Assembly (NCBI RefSeq): GCF_006345805.1
Contig: NC_043003.1
Span: forward strand, 3,162,001 to 3,226,000
Origin: Octopus sinensis
Taxonomy: Eukaryota
Length of the DNA stretch: 64,000 nucleotides
Reading direction: 5' to 3'
This document shows, in pieces, positions 1 to 13,110 of this stretch (position 1 is its first letter; each line of letters starts with the position of its first letter). The notes beneath the pieces are model-generated. The model was not told the DNA's origin. It did no database searches and saw only the letters and a program-made list of their open reading frames with translations. The position numbers and the translations under genes were made by a program.

Positions 1-375
1 CTAACTAAAAGTTTGAAAACAATCATGGACGTTTATGAAACTGCTTTGGACAAGCAAAAGGTTAAAAGTATGTTGAAGGTGTCCTTTGCAGATAGAGTGA
101 CAGACATGGAGGTCTTCAAGGGGGGGAGGCCACTAGAATGCTTCTCCACAACAGACTCAGTTTATTGGACAGCATACAACAAGAAAAACCTTGAGAAATT
201 TGGGGACAACTAGGAAACCGAAAGGAAGAAACTGGAAAAGACACTGAGAGAAGTTACTGGACATTTTTACTAGCTGGCTTTAGAAAGATCGACCATTAAC
301 ATGTGTGGAACAAAAGGGCGTGCAGGTCCGTGAAGACTGACCACTGAAGGGCATGGCAGATGAAGAAGAGAAAAT
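1..375 (+). mobile_element. Decayed 3' end of an RTE-clade LINE
   Basis: ORF 13-213 contains KSMLKVSFADRVTDMEVF, resembling the RTE C-terminal MLKISW.DRVTNEEV motif. It ends in a GGCATGGCAGATGAAGAAGAG-type tail. Confidence 0.6.
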
Positions 376-830
376 GGTAAGCTTTGCATGCTAACTGGAC
401 TATTATTTATGCGTTTTATGTAATATTATTTCAAGAATCTTGCTTTCAAGTTTATTAAAATAAAAACTATTAGCAAGTTAGATTGTAAGGTATTTTTTAA
501 TGAGAATTGCGTCAAATAACTTTGTTGTCAATATTTTCCTAAAATAAATTTCGCCGAGGTCGACTTTGCCTTTCATCCTTTCGGTGTTGATAAATTAAGT
601 ACCAGTTGTGTACTGGAGTCGATCTAATCGACTAGCACCCTTCCCAAAAATTTCGGGCCTTATTTTCTTAAGATTTCTATATATTTATTATACATAATTA
701 ATTAATAAGGGTGAGAGAATTAGATACTAATTTAATAGTATATCTATTCAACACCAAGAGTGAGCCATATAGTGACCACTCTCTTATATTTATTTTATTA
801 TACATACATACCCAAGTATATTTGCATATA

Positions 831-1917
831 AGAGATGCGTTTAAAAAGTAAACTAATGCCGCATGGACAAAATAGTTTGGGTGGGAGGTGATGTCGCCCT
901 TTCCGTGCCGGTGGGTCGCATCAGTTCCCAGCCGTTTCGTCTTAAGACGTTCGTCGGATTTTCATTTTCACGCAACACGACCGACCTTACGCATCGGGCA
1001 GAAACCAATAAACCCATGTCTCATCTGCAGTGATGATGGTCTTCCTGAAGTCTGGGTTGTGGTTTTGCACAGATCAGCATATCCTGAGCGATTCTCATGC
1101 AGAGATGCTTTTGATGCTCCGCCGGAACCTTGAGGGCGAATTTCGCCGACTCTCTCCCAATGCACAAATCCTCCGGTACTACTAGCGAACAGTGGTCCCG
1201 GTGCGCGCATCCGCACTAGCTAGTCATGACTAGTCGATCCTTACTTTGTGTTTTTGTGTTTTATTTACTTTGTTTAACAAAAAATATTTACTTAGTGTTT
1301 TATTTACTTTGCTAGATAGTCGTTTTAGAGTCGACTAGTAACGACTAGCTAGCGCGTGTGCGTTAGTAGTACCAAATCCTCCGTTAAAATGGAATGCACT
1401 GATCCTGTGCTTTTCCCCCCTTCGTGAGTAATTTCCTGGGTTATTACTCACGACAGTCTTCCACAACTATTCACCGAACCTTCTCAACCGGCCTCTCTTC
1501 GTTTCAACTTGTGGATGGCCCCGCCTGAGCATGCCTCGTTCTCCACTGAGGTGCAGCTATGTTTGAAGCGGTTGTACCACTCGTTGATCTGGGTGTTGTC
1601 CATGGCATCATCACCGAAAAACCTGCTGAATCTTTGGGATGGTTTGAACTTGAGTATCACCAAGTTTTTTTTTTTTTTTGCAAAACTTGATGCAATGTCT
1701 CTACTTAAAGCGTTCGGTGAAAACGAAAATCTGACGAGGACTCACTACACGCCTGTACTCTTGGCCTAACACCCGAGAACTGAGGCGGTTTACCAGCGTG
1801 GAAATTTTCAAGCTTCTGCAAGAAGAGTGGCGTCACCTCCCACCCAAAGGATTTAACCCACGCGGCATTAGTTTTGGTGAGAAAAAATAAAGTTAGATAT
1901 TTTTTGAACGCACCCCG
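831..1917 (-). mobile_element. Internally deleted mariner transposon remnant
   Basis: Imperfect long inverted termini (aaactaatgccgc...tttgggtgggaggtga at about 850-890 versus its complement at about 1830-1875), flanked by TA. Minus-strand fragments read DFRKTIITADETWVY (first catalytic D) and an N-terminal HTH region with stops and frameshifts. Confidence 0.8.
1175..1373. mobile_element. MULE/Mutator-type MITE nested in the mariner
   Basis: TIRs GGTACTACTAGCG / CGTTAGTAGTACC. Perfect 9-bp target site duplication AAATCCTCC at 1166-1174 and 1374-1382. Confidence 0.85.
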
Positions 1918-2118
1918 TATGAATGTATGCATGCGTTATGTATGTGCGTATGTATGCAGGGATGGATGGATGGATATATCTTAGTATAAAACAGTAATTG
2001 AGAAGTCACTGATGTTGCAATTAGCCAATTAGTTGAATAAAATATTGTTATATGCATATATATATATCTGTGTGTGTGTATATATATGTATCTATATGTG
2101 TATGTATATGTATGTATG

Positions 2119-2153
<35 letters not shown>

Positions 2154-2437
2154 AAAGCTATTGCTTACGCATGTTTGTAATATAGAAATAGATAAGATAT
2201 AAGTGTAAAATATATTGAAATATAGGTTGTAAGTTTATTGAAGAACCATTCCTGAACTGAAGCAAGCAACACGGTTGTAGTTTATGGTTTATTAGATGAA
2301 TAGAATTGAATGATGAGAATTTTTCAGCCAAGGAGACAACCCTAGAGGAGACTTAGTGTATATTTTGGTGAAAACTTCAGAATGTCCAACGATGAAGAGA
2401 AATAAAATAATTTAAGAAAGAAGTGAAACAAACTTAC

Positions 2438-2483
2438 GTAATGGAATCACAATTGAATGGGACATCTGTGGTGTTGTTATTGG
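2438..2483 (-). CDS. 46-nt coding micro-exon of a putative secreted protein (A|NNNTTDVPFNCDSIT)
   Basis: Acceptor ttatttctacAG and donor GTAAGT. The phase-1 start joins the signal-peptide exon at 6617 in frame. Contains N-glycosylation sequons. Confidence 0.6.
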
Positions 2484-2589
2484 CTGTAGAAATAATCAGG
2501 AAAGTTAAAATTTATTTGCTTGGTTTAGGAAATTACAAAAAAAAAAAAAAGAAAAGAAAATGTTTAGAGTATGGCATTGAATGTTTTTA

Positions 2590-2850
2590 TTGAATTGAAA
2601 AGTATCAGGACCGCTGCTATAAAAAGTAACACCAAAACGCGTATCAATTTGGCATTTAGTCTCCTCCGAAGTAATCCTCTTCTGAAGCCACTTTATCCAG
2701 CATCGTTTCCATTGATGGAAGCATTCCTGGAACTTCCTTTCTGGGATAGCGTGCGGCTGTCTCGTCACATTCTCTTGGAATTCCTCGACGTCTTGAAAAT
2801 CACGTCAAGGTCTCCCACTGCGAAGACTGAGTCTTGATTTCGGGGTCATA
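2590..2850 (-). mobile_element. Mariner transposase C-terminal fragment
   Basis: Minus-strand TRQPHAIPERKFQECFHQWKRCWIK, followed by a frameshifted YFEGD-like end typical of mariner. Confidence 0.75.
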
Positions 2851-3178
2851 GCCATAGAACCACGATTTGTAACTTGTTAAGACCGTTTTCGAAAAGGTTT
2901 TCGTCTTCTTCAACACAATCAAGGAGATCCTGCGCAGCTGAGATCCGACCTTCTTTTTGAGACGACCACACCCTACACACTGCCACTGATGGTTGTGAAG
3001 TACTAGGGGGTGGGGGAAATGCTGTTAGAAATGGACGTTCACTCTCGCTGCACGGCACCTTGGGCAACTGTCTTCTACTGTAGTTGATAAATCACCTTAC
3101 TGTAAATTTGGTAATCGGAAACAGTGTGGAATCCCGTTATATGTATGTATGTATGAATGCTTGTATGTGTATATTATA

Positions 3179-3644
3179 CATATAGTAGAATTGGTTCGAC
3201 TGTGGCTTTGAAGATTTTAAGTTTGAAGTCTCTACTTAGATTTGATGACCAGATCTTATGCATATCATTACAGGCTGACCTGGCCATGCCCTTTCTAGTT
3301 AGAAAATCTTTTTCAGATGTTGATATGTATGACCCAAGATATTTGTAATTAGAAACCATACTTAAGAGCGTATTGTTGAGAGTACAAATATATGGGAAAC
3401 TACCACTTGTATCATCTCTTGTGAAAGGTAGAAGAGTCCAGTTTGCTGGACATTGCTTTAGAGCTGAAAAAGAGGTAATTTCTACTCTTCTCCTCTGGAA
3501 GCGATCTGCTCGCGATACCAGAGGGCGCACACTCTCCTACCCTGATGTAATCTCCAGGGATACAGACATCCAGCAACAGGACCTCCGTAATGGCGTAACA
3601 TAGTAAATTCCATTGTCTCGACCACAGTCGAACAATGAATGATG
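3179..3644 (+). mobile_element. 5'-inverted (twin-primed) RTE LINE insertion with a 16-bp TSD
   Basis: 3179-3383 is antisense RT C-terminal sequence (LNNT...EPILLY). 3385-3644 is the sense 3' end (QIYGKLP...). Same family as 14708-15745. TGTATATTATACATAT is duplicated at 3168-3183 and 3643-3658. Confidence 0.85.
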
Positions 3645-3654
3645 TATATTATAC

Positions 3655-3655
3655 A

Positions 3656-3691
<36 letters not shown>

Positions 3692-3692
3692 C

Positions 3693-3791
<99 letters not shown>

Positions 3792-3835
3792 GATCGATCG
3801 TTCTATCTATCTATCTATCAGTCTATCTATCTGAC
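3655..3835. repeat. (ATCT)n microsatellite
   Basis: Direct tetranucleotide repeat; source of the YLSI-repeat ORFs. Confidence 0.95.
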
Positions 3836-4520
3836 TGTCTGTCAGTCAGCCTGTCTGTCTCTTCATCATCATCATCATCATCATGATTTAACGTCCGTTT
3901 TCCGTGCTGGCAAGGGCTGGACGGTTTTACAGCAGCTGGGAAGCCACAGGGCTGCCCCAATTCACCACTGTCTGTTTTGGCATGGTTTTTTAATGGCTGG
4001 ATGCCCTTCCTAACGCCAACCACTTTAAAATGTGGACTGGATACTTTTCTAAGCGGCATCAGTACCGGTGAGGTCACCAAGTCCATCAACACATAGGACG
4101 CCAGAGATGGTTAGGCACCATAACATAGTGAGATAAAACAACCATGAAGGCATCAGGTGTTGGTTAGGATATTGTAGACATATACAACAAGTACCAAATC
4201 CAATTTAAATATTAGATCCGACTCGGGGCTGGTTTTAGGTGTGGCATATACATGTGTGTGTGTGTGTGAATGAGTTCGTGTGTGGATGTATGTGTGTGCA
4301 TGCGTGCGTTTATGTGCGTGTGTTCCACTTGCACCGTTTGACAATCAGTACTGGTTGGTTTACGTCCCTGTAACTTAGCAGATCAGCGAAAGAAAAAGAC
4401 GATGACATGAACATTAAGTAGATTGCAATGTAAAGGTGGGTCGTATTATTTAAAGAACCCGAGATAAATTGGCGCACATATTGATTCCTACTCCTCCTCC
4501 TCCTTATCATCATCACCACC

Positions 4521-4552
<32 letters not shown>

Positions 4553-5323
4553 AAGAAACCCTGTGCATAACTGTCTCGAGTCCTTGAACTAATAGGGGCC
4601 GGTAACCCGGTTTCCATTGCGTAAAAGTGATTGATACCCCAACGTTTCCCCTGAACAGGGAACCAGTCCATTGCATGGGTACTCTTTTACAGCCGAGTGG
4701 ACTGCAGGAATGTGGAATGAAAGGAAATGAATTACTCAAGAACACAAAGCTCTGCCTGGTAAGGAATCGAAACCATGACCTCATGAGTAACTTATTTAAG
4801 GGTACACATGTCTGTGGAATACTCAACCACTTCACGTTAATTTCACGAGCAAGCTATTCCGTTGGTCGGATCAACAGAAACCTTTGTCGTATTAACCGGC
4901 AGACTCCTACTTATATGCCTCCAAGTACTCAACATATTTCCTCACCTTAAATAGAATTTTATCAGCTAAAAATAATAAAATTTGCGCCTGTTAGTATCTT
5001 TAGGTGGTTTTCGTATCTTTTAGGTGTTTTAGCACAAAAAGCACAAATTCACAGTTTAATGATAATTTCTTTCCTAATCACTAGATCAGATTTTCTCTTT
5101 TTTTTTACTGTCGGGATACAGTCACTCATATTGATCCAGTGTGGAGCATTAAGATCTTTATTTTGCACATTTTATTTCATTGATCCCTGAAGGATAAGCA
5201 ATAAAGTTGATATTAGCGTGATCTGAACTCAAAACGTAAACTATCGTAACTAAAAACTGCAAAGCATTTTACCCAACACAAACGATACAACCAAGCAAAA
5301 AAACAAGATACTACAGACTTATT

Positions 5324-5454
5324 CACTAGCGTAGCTAGAGTATGTGCCGCCTGGGGCGGCCCTTTCGTTTTCCGCTCCCGGACTCCACAAAAGACACATA
5401 TTAGCTACAGCAGACCCAAAAGTGCCGCCCCTCACCATCCCAGCTACGCAAGTG
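5324..5454. mobile_element. Short MITE
   Basis: 13-bp TIRs CACTAGCGTAGCT / AGCTACGCAAGTG (12/13 match) with a GC-rich interior. TSD not clear. Confidence 0.55.
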
Positions 5455-6196
5455 AGTTTATTGAATAAAATTAGAAGCTGGACACCACCCAACGTGTGTG
5501 TGTTGCGCACAATCTATATTAATTATATTAAGCCTTCCGAGATTACTAGAATAAATATACTGCGCTGGATCTCGGAGTTTTAAAGAATTGACAATCCAGA
5601 GATTGAATGTATCGTCAATCTTTCTGGAATCGATAAAATACCATATTTGATGGCATATAAGATGCACTTTTTCCCTTAAAAATAGATCTAGAAAAAAATC
5701 ACCACGGATCCTAGAGGCAAACTTGGGCCTTCAACAAGTTTTGATGCACTAAAAAGTTTCCTTTTCCTGAACATCCACGGCTGAAATTGGGATGCATTTG
5801 ATAGAGCTGTGAGTCTGATATGCCTTCAAATGCAGTTGTTAAGAATTATAAAATGGAATCGACTGAAGCCTCCTTCAAAAAGTATGGCCATAGACCAATC
5901 ATAGAAATCAAAATGACTATTGGACTTTCTAATATAGATTAATTTTTTATTGTTAAACACTTGTTGGAGAAATAAGAAAGAGAAGATGCCAGTTATTGCA
6001 ATAAAACATAAAATCAAATAAATATGAGCTATTTAAACCTCAAAATCATTATGTTGCAATTATGAACACTGGAATAGACAGAATACATGAAGGACCAATA
6101 AGTTAATTATGATTAGATAAGTTGGTTGTGATTATAATGATTTTAATAATTTATACAAGCAGACAACAATGTCTTATAATTGAATAATATATTAAA

Positions 6197-6593
6197 CTAG
6201 CAGTATTGCTCGGCGTTGCTCGGGTTTGTAAGGGAAATAACTATATAAGCATTTTTAGAGAGTTATAGCCAAAAAATAGCAAAAAAATGCATTAAAAATG
6301 GGAAAAAAATTATGGTAAATTTTTTTTTAAATCGTTGACTTATCGTAGACATTTTTAGAGAGTTACTTCCCTTATATAATAGCGAAAAAATGCATTAAAA
6401 TGGAAAAAATTATGGTAAATTATTTTTTAAATCGTAGACTCATCGTAGACGCGCGCTAATACCCAGAAGGGCTCGATATGAATCACGACTATAAGATACC
6501 CGGTTTTGGTTAAACTGCATTGCAAAATGTGGGAGTAGTTAGGAATCTAAATCGTAGGAGACAGACACACAACTTCACTTTTATATATAAAGA
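6197..6593 (-). mobile_element. Non-autonomous Helitron
   Basis: On the minus strand it begins TCTTTATATATAAAAG and ends with a subterminal hairpin then CTAG followed by T. Near-identical copies at 7739, 8347 and 29453. Confidence 0.8.
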
Positions 6594-6616
6594 AGATTAT
6601 ATCAACACTAACTTAC

Positions 6617-6671
6617 CCAGGGTGGTCTGGATAACCAAAAAAATTACGGCTCCAAGTATATAGGCTTTCAT
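6617..6671 (-). CDS. Signal-peptide-encoding first coding exon (MKAYILGAVIFLVIQTTL|A) of a secreted protein; full exon 6617-6796
   Basis: ATG at 6671, basic residue then hydrophobic core. Strong donor G|GTAAGT at 6616 and acceptor cattttcAG at 6797. The phase-1 end matches exon 2438-2483. Confidence 0.7.
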
Positions 6672-7738
6672 TTTACAAGTTTTATAAAACAATATTTTGT
6701 CTTCGGTGAATCTTGTAGTCTTATAATTATTCTCTGGTTTTCCTTGTTTTCGCTTTTTTTTTTCTTTGTATTCTTTGTGAATTGGTTTATTCTTCTCTGA
6801 AAATGACTGACTTGTAAGTATTTTGGTGGGTAAAACTCAACTGTATATTAATTGCTGGAGGAAAGCAATCAACAACCGATGACATGCATGAAGCTGCACA
6901 AATGATGAACGGATCGTCATGTCCTCAACATTTGTAATTCTTGATACGCACAGAAATCAATAACCATCATCGATATTCAAGAAGACCAACGAGATAAACA
7001 TTGAGCAGGAGTTGGACGAGGGCATTGTGATGAAATGCGATGTAAATAGACGCTTCGTGTTTACAAGAAAGGGGAAAACAATTTTATTGAATAAGGAAAT
7101 CGAATACAATTTCGTGATATCAATGAAACGTGAAAATCATGCTCAATCAAACTATTGGACTTCATCTGTCATACTTGTAGGAACTTGATTTTATTCGAAT
7201 GTGTCTTTATTTAACTATTCAATAATCATTCTCGCATCAATTCATCTTGTTAAGAGGGACAAACTGTCCATTGTTTTGAAACTATCGCTGAACGGTCGAT
7301 TGTATTGAGAAGTCGTGCTAATAAAACAATGTCCTGTTGTGAAATGTCCTCTTTCAGAACAGAGATGAAACCATTGTCTTATCGGTGACTCTTGCTATTT
7401 ATTGTATCGATAAAAAACCTTTCGATATTAGCAATGAAAATGTCAACTTCTGTCCTTTCAGTTTCTTCAGATAAACTGGTTTCTTTATGGCAGAACAATA
7501 TCCGTCACCAGTAATTATTCCCGACCCGATGAATAAAAAAAAACGTAAGTAGATAAAAACAAATAACACTTCTAAAGTAATATTTGCGGGAAACCCCACC
7601 AGTTCAAGGTAGACTTTTCGTTAGACAAGTAAAAAGGGAAAGATGAATGCTCAAGACAAAATTTTTTCGAAAATTACCCACTTTAATAGGAAAACAGAAT
7701 TTAGTAAAGTAATTCAAGAAACAAAGTTTTTTTCATAA

Positions 7739-8136
7739 CTAGCAGTATCGCCCGGCGTTGCTCGGGTTTGTAAGGGAAATAACTATATAAGCATTTTTAG
7801 AGATGTAAAGTATAATAGACATCTCAATATGGTTAACCACAAAGGGGGGGGGGGTTGTTACTGTAGCTTTTTACGTTCTGAGATTTAATAATACATTTTT
7901 AGAGAGTTACTTCCCTTATATGTGCCAAAAATGCATTAAAAATGGGAAAAATTGATGGTAAATTTTTTTTTAAATCGTAGATTCATCGTAGACGCGCGCT
8001 AATACCCAGAAGGGCTCGATATGAATCACGACTATAAGATACCCGGTTTTGGTTAAACTGCACTGCAAAATGTGGGTGTAGTTAGGAATCTAAATCGTAG
8101 GAGACAGACACACAACCTCACTTTTATATATAAAGA
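7739..8136 (-). mobile_element. Non-autonomous Helitron (same family as 6197)
   Basis: 5'-TC and CTAG-3' termini with hairpin on the minus strand. Confidence 0.8.
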
Positions 8137-8346
8137 TTATATTAAGGTCGTTTTGACATTATTGAACATGAGAATCTTTGGCGAAAGACTAACACCATGA
8201 TGAGATCTATGTTCTATAGAAATCTAAAAGGAAACACCATAGTTTCTGTGGATCGTATCTGTTGAGTTTTTTTAAAGTCAAAATATACATCATTAAGCCT
8301 ATTTAATCAAGATCAAACACTGTCACTTTGGACGAAACTAACGTAA

Positions 8347-8738
8347 TCTTTATATATAAAAGTGAGGTTGTGTGTCTGTCTCCTACGATTTAGATTCCTA
8401 CCTACTCCCACATTTTGCGGTGCAGTTTAACCAAAACCGGGTATCTTATAGTCGTGATTCATATCGAGCCCTTCTGGGTATTAGCGCGCGTCTACGATGA
8501 GTCTACGATTTAAAAAAAAATTTACCATCAATTTTTCCCATTTTTAATGCATTTTTGGCATATATAGGGAAGTAACTCTCTAAAAGTTTATTATTAAATC
8601 TCAGAACGTAAAAAGCTACAGTAACAGCCCCCCTTTGTGGTTAGCCATATTGAGATGGCTATTATACTTTACATCTCTAAAAATGCTTATATAGTTATTT
8701 CCCTTACAAACCCGAGCAATGCCGGGTGATACTGCTAG
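8347..8738 (+). mobile_element. Non-autonomous Helitron (inverted relative to the 7739 copy)
   Basis: A|TCTTTATATATAAAAG ... cccgagcaatgccggg hairpin ... CTAG|T. Confidence 0.85.
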
Positions 8739-10454
8739 TATATATATAAGGGGAAAAATGGATTGTTATTCCTTTAAAATTTATGGACTTGGAGTTGCAA
8801 GATGTAAACTTAATTCATTTTTGTTTTTTTTTAAAAAAAAGCAACATATAATACTAAATCGGTGAGCTGGGAGTATCGTTGGGCAAAATGCTTAGGGGCA
8901 TTTGTTCCTATTCTTTTCACTCTGAGTTCAAATCCCACCAAGGTCAATTTTGCCCTTTATTCTTACAAGGTCAATAAAATCACTAGGGTTGATGTAATTG
9001 ACTTGTCCCCACTCATCAAAATTGCTGGCCCTGATCTCTGCAACGGATTGGCATCCCGTTCACAAGTAATGATGTCATCTCGGTAACATATTCCATGGAA
9101 ACGGGGTAATCTACGTTACAAATCCTTGGGATCAAGAGAAAAAACAAACTAAAAATAACACAATAATACAGGGGCAATTGCCACAATCCATTATGTCTAC
9201 TGAGAACTATTGAAGATCCTATTTTCATTCAATGTATTTAAAGCAAATCGTGGGACGGGATGCAAGCTTACAAAGCAGTCGTCAGTTTGACTGCATACCA
9301 GTTGCTTAAAGTAGAACGCTTATATGCTTAAGTATAATCTCTTTCAGTACAAAGAACGTAGAAGAGAGTTATAGATGCCTTGATAGCATTGCTTTTGAGA
9401 CTTACTTCATAATCTATATCCCATACCTGTTGATGGAGCTGAGAGAAATTACGAATGATATTTAAAGTACACTTTTTAAGAGTGGAACCAACCAGTACAT
9501 CGTTCATTTAAATCCAGAGGTAGAGCTAATTCCATCTTTTCATCTCAACAAGTTGTGGTGCACCTGAGCACTGTATACAATAATTTCATTATTATTATTA
9601 TTTTATGTCTGAAAATTAAGAAACAATAGTATTGAAAATGCTCACAGTAACTGGAATACCATGGACAGAACTCTTTTAAACATTATGAGTAAGAATATGC
9701 AATTTGTACTTTATGTTTACTCGAGAAATTACATATTCTGATACATTATTGAATTGGAGGTCCAAGATTGTATACTTTTGCCATCATGGCAAAAATGTTT
9801 TTTCATTTTTTTTGCAGTTTAAAAATCGAAATATGTCAAATTCTCTTGTTAAAGTTCACCACTTGCACTTGTCTTGCTATATCAAAGCAATAATCTGCTC
9901 TCATGTGTCAACAGCATTCGTAGATACATTTAGCTTCCAATGTGAAACCTATTGATCAGTGAAAATCATTTTAATGGGTGTTCCCGTTGAGCCAACGTAA
10001 TGTTCCTCCGTTCATCTTCATGACGCTTGAACAATGATGCATTGGGAACAAACGCAGACGAACAACGGAATGAATCATTAATTGTTTCCAAATGAATAAA
10101 ATCCATTTTTGAAATGGAAACTCTTTTGTTTGTAACCCCAGCCGTGTGTGCATGCGTGTATAGATGTTTGTATAGATGAGAAAAGCCTATTAAATTCGTA
10201 ATATCATCTGTTATTTGGTGGCCTGATGAGTTGGGAGTTGTGTAACACATCTGTTACTTTCCATTTGAGATTTGTGTTTCAAAGGAAATTATGTGAGTAT
10301 GTATTAAGCATGCCAGCCCAGAAAATAGATGTTGAATGATGTTTATGTATGCATGTATGTAAGTATGTATGTATGTATGTATGTATGTGTGTGTGTGTGT
10401 GTATGTATGTGTGTGGGGGGGGGGGGGTGATCGTTAATATATTTTGTTAATCAA

Positions 10455-10692
10455 GGCGGCGAGCTGGCAGAAACGTTAGCACGCCGGGCAAAATGCATAG
10501 CTGTATTTCGTCTGCCGTTACGTTCTGAGTTCAAATTCCGCCGAGGTCGACTTTGCCTTTCATCCTTTCGGGGTCGATAAATTAAGTACCAGTTACGCAC
10601 TGGGGTCGATGGAATCGACTTAATCGCTTTGTCTGTCCTTGTTTGTCCCCTCTGTGTTTAGCCCCTTGTGGGTAGTAAAGAAATAGGTATTT
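10455..10692 (+). mobile_element. tRNA-derived SINE, family 1 (ggcggcgagctggcagaaacgttagc...)
   Basis: A-box and B-box-like (gagttcaaattcc) motifs. Further copies at about 550-660, 8870-9030, 24210-24370, 26860-27050, 34940-35130, 51925-52160, 53500-53690 and 63105-63340. Confidence 0.8.
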
Positions 10693-11591
10693 TGTTAATC
10701 AACTATGTACCGCTTATTTATTTCAGTCATTAGACTGTGGCCATGTTGTAGTGTTACAATAATAGATATAGTCATTTCTTTCCGACCCCAATGCCAAATA
10801 TGGACACATTCCACATTTTTATAAACAAATGAAATGCCAATCTGAAGACGTTTAGATCACCGAGTCTTGGCATTCGATGTCTTAATCAACATTCTTCTTA
10901 AATTTAGTGATAAATTCTGGTGTATATAAAATTCCTAAATTACTGAACTATACTGGATTTTGAATTTAGAGAAAAGTAATGTAATTATATTAAAATTAAT
11001 ATTATTTTTCCGATGAGGTTTGACTTTGCTTTCCATCTTTTTTTCGAGGTTGATAAAATAAATACCAGTTGTGTACTGGGGCTGATGTAATTGACTAACA
11101 CACTCCCCCGAAATTACTGGTCTTGTGCCAAAATTTGAAACCAAAATTTTCTTGATTTGCTAATATCCTTTTGGAATACTTTCACCAAGAATTCAAAGTA
11201 ACATCGTACAATAAATGGTTTTCAGAGCACAACAGCAGAAGTCGTTGAATATCTTTTGAAAGGGCCAAATGTCATACTTAGCACCTACTGTCTGCTATAT
11301 TTGAGTAAGTTCTGCCACTACTGGCCTTTGATGACAAAGTGTTAGGCTTAATGACATTTTAAAGGATATTGATGCCTTTAACTGTCCTTATATTTACTTT
11401 CTGCCCTTCGAGATTGAAAGGTTGAGGACACAACCACTTTAAATATCTTAAATGTTATTTCTAATTAGAAATTTCACTTGCTGATAATCTGTTATTTAAT
11501 CAACAAGTCACAGCTCACTTTTTTTTTATTTGGTGGCCTGATGAGTTGGAAGTTGTGTGACACATTATGCAAGCTAACTGTATTATACTTA

Positions 11592-11900
11592 TCTATATAT
11601 ATAAAACTGAGAATGTGTGTGTGTGTACGTGCTGTTTGTCTGTCTGTCTGTGTGTCTGTATATGTGCATCACTGAAACTCGAGAACTACCCAACCAATTT
11701 CATTCAAATTTTGCACATGCCTTATTTAGGGTCCATGCAGTGTCATAGGTCAAAAAGATTTTCAACTTCTTGCCTAATGCAAGCCCACAGCAATCTCTTA
11801 TCGCTTACACTACTTCAATATTATGTGTCAAAAGTGAAACAATAACATCTCTATTGTAATGTGAAATAATACTTTCAGTTTTAATAGAGTAAGTATTAAT
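11592..11900 (+). mobile_element. 5' part of a second Helitron-like family with an internal GTCT microsatellite
   Basis: A|TCTATATATATAAAACTGAGAATGTGTG...GTCTGTCTGTCTG start, typical of non-autonomous Helitrons. Confidence 0.55.
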
Positions 11901-13064
11901 ACTTTTACTTTGTATATATATATATATTAGTTTCATTTCTATTACTTTCACTGTGATATGTATATGTATGATATATATGTATGTGTATGTATGCATATAT
12001 ATGTATGTATGTGTATGTATGCATATATATATGTATGTATGTATGTATGTGTATGTATGTATACATATATATGTATATAGCTGTGTATATATATATACAT
12101 AAGTATATATATTTATGTATATATATATTTATGTATGTATATTTATGTGTATATATATGTGTTTGTGTGTAAATATATATGTGTATCATCATCATCATCA
12201 TCATCATTTAGCATCCGCTTTCCATGCTAGCATGGGTTGGATGGACATATATATATGTTTGTATATACAAGTATATACTAGCAGACATACCCGGTAATTC
12301 CCTGGAAAGTGAGGCTTACCCCTTGGTTCCATTCTCATAATTGTTTCACTAATCCAATAACAACAATACAAAGTATGTAGGCCTTAAAATGTTTTTTGTG
12401 CATTTACAGAGAATACCGAACTGTCTTACACAGGATCTTGTTTTTAGGAATTCCCAATAAGTTATGAATACACAAACTATGATGTCAGTTATGTAATAAC
12501 ATTGAAATTAGTTACCCTATAGTAAGAATTCAAATAAAGTAGCCCCGAAAAGGGCTTAAATCCGTTCCCAGAGTATATAGAACTTAGGAGGAAATACGAA
12601 TAAGGTATGTATACTAAAATTGTGAAGCATGTTACGTAATAAGAGGCTAATCAGATATGAGATAATAACAATTCAAAGTAAATAACTCTGAAAAGGGCTT
12701 TTGTACGTTCCCAGAGAATATTACCCTCAGTGGCGCTAGTCTCAGAAAATTCGTGAATAAGTCACTAACCGAAATAAGTGGATCTATTGTTTAGGAAAAT
12801 ACTATTAACTTGTTTAAATGTTGTACTGGATGAATTCAGAAAATAACTCAAATAGTTCAAATACTAAGAAATAAGCTTATTCAATTTTATTTTTACAAAA
12901 TATTTATGAACCTGAATGGGTTATTTCCCTTGGCTATATATAAGAATCCCTTTCAGGAGCGAATGGGTTATTTCCCTTGGATGTTTAAAAATAATATATT
13001 AGTTATAAGTGTTATTTACATTATTTACCTTTGACGGATATTTGTCTTCATCCTGTTTGTTGTT

Positions 13065-13110
13065 AACACAACGTTTCGGCTGATATACCCACCAGCCTTC
13101 ATCAGGTGTC
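13065..13110 (-). ncRNA. Minimal type I hammerhead ribozyme (intact core)
   Basis: GACAC-CUGAUGA-A-GGCUG(loop10)CAGCC-GAA-ACGU-U-GUGUU: helix I 5 bp, helix II 5 bp, palindromic ACGU helix III. Confidence 0.75.

Noticed and set aside
6900-7600. Possible decayed LINE or Helitron coding remnant
   Set aside because: All frames are interrupted and I recognised no diagnostic motif.
9966-10250. Minus-strand 94-aa ORF in non-repetitive-looking sequence
   Set aside because: No convincing splice sites or motif linking it to a gene.
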